A stretch of 64,000 nucleotides of DNA, taken from positions 347,904-411,903 of the forward strand of contig NW_003314310.1 in assembly GCF_000143415.4 (NCBI RefSeq), in the 5' to 3' direction. This stretch comes from Selaginella moellendorffii (Eukaryota; Plantae; Lycopodiophyta). Below, one piece after another: positions 23,195-32,941 of this stretch. The notes beneath the pieces are model-generated. The model was not told the DNA's origin. It worked only from the letters and a program-made list of their open reading frames with translations, and did not search any database. A program made the position numbers and the translations under genes. How positions within the stretch are numbered: the first letter of the stretch is position 1; every line of letters starts with the position of its first letter.

Positions 23195-25077
23195 TTATAT
23201 TCAAATCTCATCCCATGATCACATGCGTTACACTCACCCCCCCTTCAAAGATGTCAATGTCCTCATTGACTATTGACTAACAACCCTTACTGAGCCAAGG
23301 GGAACTAGCACCTCCATTTCCGCACTCAATCTACCAATCCTTCCATTATGTAGATTAGCTATTCCATGTGAGGCAACTAATTATCCACCCGTACCGTAGT
23401 CCCATGGTGGATACCTTTGTCTATGGATACTCCACACAAAAGGAATGACGTACGCATGGATATCCAATACATACGATTTCAAATTTAAGAGTAGGAATAT
23501 ACCTTGCTCAAGGGTATATTATATTTTTAAGTAGCCACTAATCAATGGGAATCGAACCCGTGCTATTTGCTCTGATACCACATATAGCACACTTTATCTT
23601 TCTCCCCTTAAACCAACTGAAAAAGGGGTAATTGATGAGAGAGTCTTTAGTGGCTATTTTATCCCCATTTATCCCCTAAAGTTCCAAGGATCCACGGTGA
23701 CAGTATATCTAAATCTCATTCCATGATCACATGCTTTACAACCACCCTTGCTACTTTGGGTGTCACCCAGTTTATAAAAAATGATATACTCTTAACCATA
23801 GATGATATAGAGAGAGAAGCTACTCTATATCCTAAACAAATAAACTAAACCTATCAATAAGGTTTAAATAGATTACTATAAACAGATAATTAGAGTTGTT
23901 TATTTGGTCATAACTTTTTAATAGGATAAGAAAAATGAAGAGAGAGGTGGGTGATGTGACAAATCTATAGTAGTTACCCCATAATTAAAGATTTTATCAT
24001 ACACATGAAGTGTTGAAGCCAATTTCCCTTTACTAACCCAAACCCAAAGATCAAGGGATGGATAATCAAAGACAATGATATCTTAGATACCAAATTATCA
24101 ATAAATAAATCTTAGATTATAATAGAAAAGTATTACAAATAAGTTATCATCCAATAAACTAGTATTAAAAAAACCACCAAGATTATTAAAGGTTAAAATC
24201 ATAAGATTCACTATCTAATAAAATTCAATAGCAAGTATACTATCAAGAAAACTCAATGATAAAACTTAATTACCAAAGATTGTAGATAGCATGCTAAATA
24301 ACTTACATAAAATAACTCAAAGTATCATTGACAGGTAAGTAAAATGCTCTCAAATGTATCACCTAAAGAAAATAGCATCTAATCTATCAAAACCAACTAT
24401 AGTAACAATTAATAAAGAATGAATGCAACAAGACTAACAAACACTCATACATGTCAACTATTATACCACCCAATCTAAATGGATCCTAATCAATAATACT
24501 AATGAATTAAATTTGCTTAAAAAAGTGTCAATAACACCTTACCAATATCTCAAACCTAAAAGATCAAACCAAAGCAAATTACAAAGAATATGTGGTAATA
24601 AGAAAATAACTATCTATCATGAAAGCTCATTAATCATCCCATTAATAAAGAGATATATAATCATCATTAAATAAATAATCCACAATCTCGAATAATGGCA
24701 AATCATTTTATATCAACAACAATCAAGTAAAACCTTGACAAAAATAATCAACTATTTTAAATGATAATCAATCATCACCAATAATTGTTAAATGTTATAC
24801 TAACTTCAGCATTGAAGCTAATGAGCGAAAATTCTTTCCCCAACAACTCCTAAAACATGAATTAATGAGCATAAAATTTAAAGAACCAAAAGCTCGAAAA
24901 AGCCTATAATTAAGTCTCACTTAATAATGATCATGAGTTTCATATGAACTAATGTTAATGCCAAAGAAGAAATTCTGGTACAACCCACAATATCCTCTTC
25001 AATACATCCATAAGCTAAACATCATAATACAAGAGTTAATGAAGAGTATGTTTGCATCAATCCAAAAGCCAAGCAAA

Positions 25078-26225
25078 TGTAGCGCACGTGGTTTTGACCC
25101 TTTATCCTATGGTGATTTACCATAGGATAACACCACGAAGCGGAACCTAAACCCTCTTTGTGCCACGTGACAGATGCCACGTGTCACATGCCACATGTCC
25201 ATGCCACGTGTCCATAGGAACCTGAAGTTCAAGGCCTTGGGCCACTGAACGAAGGAACGGTGCCAAACTCCCAAGCATGGAGCCAAGGAGTGACGGAACC
25301 GAACCACAGAGCAACTCCCGAGCATAAAGCCCAAGGAGCGAAGGGACAGGAGCCCGGAGCGACTTGGAACAGTCCTAGAGTAACCAGCATCCCAATGCCA
25401 GGACCAGCACGCAAAACGGAGCCAAACGGAGTCTGGCGCTATTTCAGCATACCGGTGGCCTAACGCGAGGACATGGGTACTCCACCAACTAGCATGGAAT
25501 GGAACTTGGGCTTAGACCCAAGCCGGACACAGAACAAGGACAGGCACGCAAGCGGGAGCTAGACTATGCCTCAGGTTGGTCGGCCATGCCCGACCTACCC
25601 ACTATCCCTACTATACATTTGGAACCCCCCATAGCCCCCCCCCCCCCTTGAGGAACACACGCTTTGGGCTTTCACCCCAAGCCTCCCTTAGTATCAGGAG
25701 TTAGTCTCTGGGACAAGCTCGAAACTTACTAAATATGGAATGTCCCTAGATTGCGAATTTGGGCACGGGACGAACACCGTTGTGTTCAGGACAATCTCTA
25801 CATTTCGTAGATATGCCAAATGAGCAAATCTGGACACTTTCCATAAATAGCATTTGGGACCGAAATGAGACTAACACAAAGGGCATGATAGCGAGGGTGT
25901 TTGGCAGACACGGTAAACTATCATCTAGCGATATTGAGGGACCAATCTCAATATTGCGGGGGTTCTTGATACTAGCAAGTGCAAGCCAATGACTCACGTT
26001 TCTCAAACCAGGCCGAGTATGCTCAGCAAGAAACACATAGGGTTCCTACCTTATGTTTATCCAATCTAAGTTCATGGTCATTGACCAGTTTCTCAACTAG
26101 CTCAAGTGGGAAACTGATAACGGGTCCAGCAATACCGACCTCCTGCCATCGTGGCAGTAAGATAAAAGTGTCCATAAGGACTAGCCGACAGGTAACTTTC
26201 GATACCTGAAGTCACATTCGCGACA
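25078..26225 (-). repeat. 3' LTR, family C
   Basis: Direct repeat of 36119-37245. Confidence 0.93.
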
Positions 26226-28013
26226 CTCTCCCCCCCTAGGGAAGATCGACGTCCTCGTCGATGCATACTCGAGTCTAGAATACCGCCAAGGAAACAACTC
26301 CAGAAAAAGTTCACGGTACTCACACTATGTGAGAAATGCACCAACTTAAATGAGTTAGGGGTAACCTCTTTGTCTAACGCGGATGCGCTACCAGCTCAGA
26401 CACCTTCCGGCCGTCGCCGACAAGGAAATGACCAACGGAGTCAGCCACCCTTGCTGCTCTGGGAGTCACCCAGCTTACAAAAGTGTGATATGCCCTGCCC
26501 GCAGGAACATAGAGAGAGAAGCCAGAGGCCCCAACCGTCCTAAGCAAAGAAACCAAACCCGTCGGTAAGGTTTAGATAGACTACTGTAAACAGGCAGTTA
26601 GAGTTGTTTACACGGTCACGCCCTTTTAACGGAATAAGGAACATCGACAGAGAGGCGGGTTATGTGACCAATCTACAGTAGCTACCCCATGACTAGAGAT
26701 TTCAACATGCACACGAAGTGCCGAAGCCAGTCTGCCCATTACTGGCCCAAACTCAAAGATCAATAAATGGACAATATCAAAGTCATAGACAATGATATCT
26801 TAGAAGCTTAATTATCAGTGATTATATCTTAGAGTAGAACACAAAAGTATTCTAAGCAAGTTATCATCCGATAAACCAGTATAAGAGTGCAGGAACCACC
26901 AAGATCATCAAAAATTGGTAAACACAGGATTCACCATCAAACAGAATTCAATAGCAAGAATATCATCAAGGAAACTCAATGATGAAATTGCACTATCGAA
27001 GATAGTAGACAGTAAGCCAACAACTTACTAGAGATAACTCAAAGAACACAAAGTATCATTGACTGGCAAGCAAAATGCTCGCGAATGTATCACCTAAAGG
27101 AAATAACATCCCAATCTATCGGAACTAACTCGAGCAACAATCAACAAAACAGAATGAATGTGGCAAAACCAACAAACACTCATTTATGCCAACTATCACG
27201 CTAGTTAATCCAAATAGATCCCAGCCAACAATACTAAGGAACTCAAGTTGCCTAAGTAAGTGTCCGCAACATCTTATCGATGTCTCAAACCCAAGAGACC
27301 AATCCAGAGCAAACCACAAAGAACATGTGGTATTGCGAAAAGCCAAAAGCTATCAAAGAGAATAACTAACTATCACGAAAGATCATCAATCATCCCATCA
27401 ATAAAGAGATGCATAATCATCGTCTAAGAAAGAATCCACTACCCCGAAGAATAGCGAATCATTCTATATCAACAACAATCAAGCAAAACTTTTTGATAAG
27501 GATAATTAACCATCCTAGATGATAGTCAATCGTCACCAATGATTGCCAGATGCAAATACTAACTTCAATAGCGAAGCTAATGAGCTAAAATGTTTTCCCC
27601 AACAACTTCTAACCAATGGTCCACAAGCACGAAAGTTCAAGGAACCAAAAGCTTGAAGAAGCTTATAGCCAAGTCTTGCCTAATAATGATCACGAGTCTT
27701 GCATGAACTAACCTTAATGCTAAAAAGAAATCATGGTACAACCCACAATATCCTCCTCAACACTTCCATAAGCTAAACTTCATAATGCCAAAGCTAATGA
27801 AGAGTAGATTTGCATCAATCCAAAAGCCAAGCATAACAAAGCTATGCTCAACAAGTGATCATCAAACGATCCTCCATGAATCCATCTATAGCAAGACGTA
27901 ACTCACATCATAACAAGCACAAGAAGAATCATCAATGATCGATATATTCCAACTCAAATCCAATAAGGATTCAAATATTCCAATATCAATCATTAACTCT
28001 TCATCTCGTAAAG

Positions 28014-31000
28014 TGTTAGGCGCCAGCTTTGACTACGTGGTCAACGTCGGTCAAAGGGAGGCTCAAGGGTATATTAAGGCATGTTAGGGTAAGGGACTTA
28101 ACCTACCCTAGGGCTCACAGTGGAGCAGCGGCGCAGTGGAGCTTTTGAGGTAGCTCGGGGGTGGTTGGGTGGTGAGGAACCTCAAGAGGTGGCGTAGCAT
28201 AGTCTAGGGCAACTAGATCTTTGTCTTTTTGCGCCGGATCATAACATTGGTATCAGAGGATTGGTTGCGATGGCCGACCAAGCTGAACGCTGGAATCCTA
28301 TCATCGATGGTGGTGCCGACGGTGGTGCCGACGATGGTGTCAACGAAGCTGCGGAGATTTGGACCATTCAAGATGTGGTTCATGAGCTGCGAGCCCTTAA
28401 TAAAAATCAGCAAGAGATGCAAGACGAGATGCATGGCATGATGGATACCATGCGTGGGCGTGTTGAGGCACTCGAGGCTGGACGGGGTAGCGCTCCAAGT
28501 AAGCCTTCTTTGGTAGATCGACTCAAGATTCCAACCTTTTCCGGTGATGGTGGTGTGGACGAGTGTCTCGCTTGGCTAGCCAATGTGAAGAAGTTCTTGG
28601 CTGCTAGAGGAACTCCAGATGCAGAGGCTTTAGTGGCTATTCCGATGGTTTTGCGTGATGCGGGTCTTCGATGGTGGAATTGGCTTGAGGAGTCCCGTGT
28701 TGCGGATAAGAAACCACCAGTGTCTACCATGGATGAGTTTGAGGCTGCTTTCCGTTTACGTTTTGCCCCTCATTACGACGTGGAGAATGCTCGTACAGAA
28801 CTTCGCCATTTTCAGCAAGGGAAAATGACGCTCGGGGATTATATTGAGAAGCTTACTCGCTTGATTAGTCGTGTTCCAACGAAGGATCCAGATCAGAACA
28901 AGTCCTACTTCATTGATGGCCTCCATAGTGAGAGTATGCGGCAACACTTGCGTCATTCTCAGCCTACAAAGAGTTTGGAGGAGCTCTTTGATGCGGCTCG
29001 TCGCCTTGACAATGACAAGCACAAGTCTCGCAAGCGTTCGCGGAGTCCTTCTGTCGAGAATCGTCGTGATGATCGCCGTGGACACAAGGATGGGAACAAG
29101 CATCACAAGTTGAAGTCGGTGGTGACTACTTCAGATGCAAAGGGGTCCAAGAAGCAGAAGTTCTTTGTGAAGAATTATAGACAGGGTTGTCATCATTGCG
29201 GCGAACTTGGACACTACAAGGCTGATTGTCCGCAGTTGAAGAACAAGCAGCAGGACAAAAAGAATGGCCAATCATCTTCTCACGGTAAGTCAGATACTAA
29301 AAAGTTGCAAGCTTTACAGCGTGAGGATGACGAGAACGACCATTCCGGTCGGAGGAAGAGACTTTCGATCGTTGCTCGTCAACTCAACTGTGTGTGGAAC
29401 AAGATGGAGCTTGAGGATACGCGTGAATCAGCTTTAATGCTAGAGGGCGTGTTCCGTGGCGATCCAGTGCGGATTTTACTGGATAGTGGGAGCGATGACA
29501 ACTTTGTTTCGGCAAAGTTTGTTGCGGAGCATCGCCTGAACACACGTGGAGTTCTTCCATACACAGTGGAAGGTGCAGCTACCTCTGCTCAGCATTTCGA
29601 TGCTTGTGTCGAGGGGCTGGAAGTGTTGGTTGGCAAAACCACACTTGTGGAGACTTTTTATCTCGCGGATATCCATCGTGTGGATCTCATTCTTGGGATG
29701 CCATGGTTGGTGAAGGTGGATCCAGAGATAAAGTGGAGCATTAAGCGTATCTCGCTGGAGTATGGTGGCGTTAAAGATGTGTGGTTTGGCGAGGGCGTTC
29801 AACCACCAGTTGTTATGCTCTCTGCTACATCTTTGAAGCGGGCTTGTCGTAATGGAAAAGCACTTTCAAGTTACTTGCTGTTTGTTCGTGACTTGGGGGA
29901 CCAAGGCACGTGTGGGGGAGAAGCAGCAGTACGGGATGTACTTGATGAGTTTTCTGATGTTTTTCCATCTGAACTTCCTCATGGATTGCCTCCATTACGA
30001 GGTGTGGAGCATGGGATTACATTGGAGCCGGGGACGCGGCCAATTTACCGGCGTCCATTTCGGTTAAGTTATGCGGAGGAGCAAGAAGTTCAGCGACAAG
30101 TCAAGGAGTTACTTGAGTTTGGATTTATTCAGCCAAGTAAGTCTCCGTTTGGTGCTCCGGTCTTGCTTGTGAAGAAGAAGGACGGTTCAATGCGGATGTG
30201 TATTGACTACCGTGCTTTAAACAAGAAGACAGTGAAGGACAAGATGCCGATGCCACGTGTGGATGATATCCTAGACAAGCTTGGTGAAGCACGAGTGTTT
30301 ACCAAGATTGATCTGAGGAGTGGATATCATCAGATTGCAATGGATGATGCATCTATCTCCAAGACGGCATTCAACACAAGCTTCGGACATTTTGAGTTTA
30401 CCGTTATGCCGTTTGGTTTGACGAATGCACCGGCCACATTTACTCGGTTGATGACGGAGGTATTTGGGCGTTATCTTCATGAGTTTGTGGAGATTTTCTT
30501 GGACGATATTCTTGTTTTTAGCAAGAATATGGAGGAGCATAGGGTGCATTTGCGCAAGGTTCTTTTGTTACTTCGAGACAGCAAACTTTATGCGAAGAAG
30601 AGCAAATGTGAATTTGCAAAGTCGGAGGTGGAATATCTAGGCCATATTGTGACATCTAAGGGTGTCAAGACGGATCCAAGGAAGGTGGCTGTGGTGGAAA
30701 ACTGGCCTACACCGACTACAGTGGCCGAGTTGCGCAGTTTTCTTGGTATGGCTAGTTACTACCGACGTTTCCAGCATAAGTTTGCAGAGGTGGCTATTCC
30801 ATTGACGCGGTTGTTACGCAAGAATGTGCCATTCGAGTGGAAGACGCCACAAGAGGAGAGTTTTGTGGCGCTGAAACGATTGTTGATCGAGGCTCCAGTG
30901 CTTCGCATTGCTGATCCATCGAAACCTTACGAGGTGACATGCGATGCGAGTGGTTATGCACTGGGAGGAGTTCTCATGCAAGAGGGACAGCCTATTGCAT

Positions 31001-32941
31001 ATGAGAGTCGAACTTTGAATTCCGCGGAGCAACGCTATTCCACATATGAGCAAGAGTTACTCTCTATTGTTCATGCTTTGCGGACGTGGCGGCACTATCT
31101 TTATGGTGCAGTGTTCGTGGTGTTGACAGATCACAAACCACTTGTGTATCTTTTCACACAGAAGGAGTTGAACACTAGGCAAGCTCGTTGGATGGTCAAA
31201 CTCATGGAGTTTGGGGAGTTTCCTATTGAGCATCGTCCGGGAAAATCAAATGTGGTGGCGGATGCTTTATCTCGTGTTCGTCATGTGACGACGTTACGAA
31301 CACGATTTTGTCATCATTTGAGTAAGGTGGTCAGCGAGTTTGGGCAGTTGGTTGAGCATGCTCAGGCTCAGGATGCTGAGGTGGCCTCTTTGCGAGACCA
31401 GATGGAAGCTCCTTTCTCATTGGTGGATGGGATTCTCTACTACAATGGCCGTGTCTATTTGCCACGGGTGGATGCGTTAATTACTCAAGTTTTATTCCAC
31501 TATCATGATCGTCCAGAGGCCGGTCATTTTGGGGGGAAGAAGACGTATGAGTTGATTAAGCGCAACTTTTATTGGAGGAATATGAAGGCTGATATCCTCA
31601 AGTATTGTAAATCATGCGAGCTTTGTCAGCGGGTTAAGGTGCCACGGGAGAAGCCGGGGGGACTTTTGCAACCTTTACCTATTCCTCAGAGCCGTTGGTG
31701 TAGTATCTCTATGGACTTCATCACTTGTTTGCCACGAACACAGAGGCAAAAGGAGCAAGTATGGGTCATAGTAGATCGGTTGACGAAGTATGTGCGGTTG
31801 TTGGCTCTTCGGAAGACTGTCACTGCCTCAGACTTGGCTGCGGTTTACTTGGAGAAGGTTTTTCCTGATTTTGGTTTGCCGGAGGACATCATTAGTGATC
31901 GAGATTCAAAGTTCACCAGTGGATTTTGGAAAAGTTTTGCAAAGGCTATGCAAGTGACTTTGAAACTCTCGAGTGGAGATCATCCTCAGACGGATGGGCA
32001 AACTGAGCGTGTGAATCAGGTGGTGGAGGATATGCTACGTTGTAGCATTGGTCAAAGGCAAGGACAGTGGGATCTATATCTTCCGTTGGTGCAATTTGCT
32101 TACAACAATAGCCAACACAGTGGAACCAAGCTAAGTCCTTACTTTGCGATGTTTGGAAGGCATCCTCGCACAGCGGTGGAGTTGGGATTGCATTTGAGTA
32201 AGGACGTTCAAGAAAAGCTTGATTCCGAGGCAACTGATCTGGCCACAGAACTTGATGAGATTCTGGTGGTATGCAAACGGAATTTGCAAGCAGCTCAGGA
32301 TAGAGCGGAGAAGTTTGCTAATGAGCATCGCCAATTCCGGGAATATAAGGTGGGTGATCTCGTCTTTGTGCGAGTGATCTTTCCGTCAAGTGAGCGGCGG
32401 AACACCTTGGTGCCTTTACGGACAGGGAAGAGTGATAAACTTTCCCATCGATATGCTGGTCCATATGAAGTGCTGGAGCGCATTGGTAAAGCGGCTTATC
32501 GGGTGCGGCTGCCAGCTGGGGTGAAAATTCATCCAGTATTTTATGTCAGCCAATTGAAAGGTGTACTATCTCGGAGTGACGGGCCCAATGCCTCCTTGAT
32601 GTATACGGCTGTGGAAGATGGACCAGGAGCTTGAGCAGGATTCCCCAGAAAGGGTGATCACCGGTACAACTCGTCCTTGGGACAAGGACTTTGTTGGGGG
32701 GGAAGAATTGTTAGGCGCCAGCTTTGACTACGTGGTCAACGTCGGTCAAAGGGAGGCTCAAGGGTATATTAAGGCATGTTAGGGTAAGGGACTTAACCTA
32801 CCCTAGGGCTCACAGTGGAGCAGCGGCGCAGTGGAGCTTTTGAGGTAGCTCGGGGGTGGTTGGGTGGTGAGGAACCTCAAGAGGTGGCGTAGCATAGTCT
32901 AGGGCAACTAGATCTTTGTCTTTTTGCGCCGGATCATAACA
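28014..32941 (+). mobile_element. Intact Ty3/gypsy LTR retrotransposon (element D, 4.9 kb)
   Basis: Identical 233-bp LTRs 28014-28246 and 32709-32941; PBS TGGTATCAGAG 28248-28258; PPT ~32696-32707; TSD TAAAG at 28009-28013 and 32942-32946. Confidence 0.97.
28270..32634 (+). CDS. Gag-Pol polyprotein (Gag, CCHC, protease, RT, RNase H, integrase)
   Basis: Single open ORF: CHHCGELGHYKADC, LLDSGS, RMCIDYRALN, MPFGLTNAP, FLDD, CDAS, HH..CC zinc finger, SMDF..ISDRD..HPQTDGQTERVN, RYAGPY; gypsy domain order. Confidence 0.97.
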   Translation: MADQAERWNPIIDGGADGGADDGVNEAAEIWTIQDVVHELRALNKNQQEMQDEMHGMMDTMRGRVEALEAGRGSAPSKPSLVDRLKIPTFSGDGGVDECLAWLANVKKFLAARGTPDAEALVAIPMVLRDAGLRWWNWLEESRVADKKPPVSTMDEFEAAFRLRFAPHYDVENARTELRHFQQGKMTLGDYIEKLTRLISRVPTKDPDQNKSYFIDGLHSESMRQHLRHSQPTKSLEELFDAARRLDNDKHKSRKRSRSPSVENRRDDRRGHKDGNKHHKLKSVVTTSDAKGSKKQKFFVKNYRQGCHHCGELGHYKADCPQLKNKQQDKKNGQSSSHGKSDTKKLQALQREDDENDHSGRRKRLSIVARQLNCVWNKMELEDTRESALMLEGVFRGDPVRILLDSGSDDNFVSAKFVAEHRLNTRGVLPYTVEGAATSAQHFDACVEGLEVLVGKTTLVETFYLADIHRVDLILGMPWLVKVDPEIKWSIKRISLEYGGVKDVWFGEGVQPPVVMLSATSLKRACRNGKALSSYLLFVRDLGDQGTCGGEAAVRDVLDEFSDVFPSELPHGLPPLRGVEHGITLEPGTRPIYRRPFRLSYAEEQEVQRQVKELLEFGFIQPSKSPFGAPVLLVKKKDGSMRMCIDYRALNKKTVKDKMPMPRVDDILDKLGEARVFTKIDLRSGYHQIAMDDASISKTAFNTSFGHFEFTVMPFGLTNAPATFTRLMTEVFGRYLHEFVEIFLDDILVFSKNMEEHRVHLRKVLLLLRDSKLYAKKSKCEFAKSEVEYLGHIVTSKGVKTDPRKVAVVENWPTPTTVAELRSFLGMASYYRRFQHKFAEVAIPLTRLLRKNVPFEWKTPQEESFVALKRLLIEAPVLRIADPSKPYEVTCDASGYALGGVLMQEGQPIAYESRTLNSAEQRYSTYEQELLSIVHALRTWRHYLYGAVFVVLTDHKPLVYLFTQKELNTRQARWMVKLMEFGEFPIEHRPGKSNVVADALSRVRHVTTLRTRFCHHLSKVVSEFGQLVEHAQAQDAEVASLRDQMEAPFSLVDGILYYNGRVYLPRVDALITQVLFHYHDRPEAGHFGGKKTYELIKRNFYWRNMKADILKYCKSCELCQRVKVPREKPGGLLQPLPIPQSRWCSISMDFITCLPRTQRQKEQVWVIVDRLTKYVRLLALRKTVTASDLAAVYLEKVFPDFGLPEDIISDRDSKFTSGFWKSFAKAMQVTLKLSSGDHPQTDGQTERVNQVVEDMLRCSIGQRQGQWDLYLPLVQFAYNNSQHSGTKLSPYFAMFGRHPRTAVELGLHLSKDVQEKLDSEATDLATELDEILVVCKRNLQAAQDRAEKFANEHRQFREYKVGDLVFVRVIFPSSERRNTLVPLRTGKSDKLSHRYAGPYEVLERIGKAAYRVRLPAGVKIHPVFYVSQLKGVLSRSDGPNASLMYTAVEDGPGA

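Larger units (their letters stand above)
1835..23196 (-). mobile_element. Giant TIR DNA transposon, Sola1-like (21.4 kb; ~13.9 kb without nested LARD)
   Basis: Perfect 22-bp inverted repeats GCTCTATTTCGTTAAAGTGGGA at 1837-1858 and 23173-23194. Removing the element restores the TRIM LTR (GACAGT-ATAT-TCAAATCTC), with ATAT duplicated at 1831-1834 and 23197-23200 (a TA TSD with ends 1834/23197 is the alternative). Encodes a transposase. Confidence 0.88.
1707..23740 (-). mobile_element. TRIM family B (~0.67 kb net), 3' LTR split by the DNA transposon
   Basis: 5' LTR 23583-23740; PBS tRNA-iMet (GCTCTGATACCA) 23569-23580; PPT 23233-23246; 3' LTR = 23201-23232 + 1707-1834; 5-bp TSD ACCAC at 1702-1706 and 23741-23745. 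A further flank+LTR copy lies at ~1550-1692. Confidence 0.9.
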
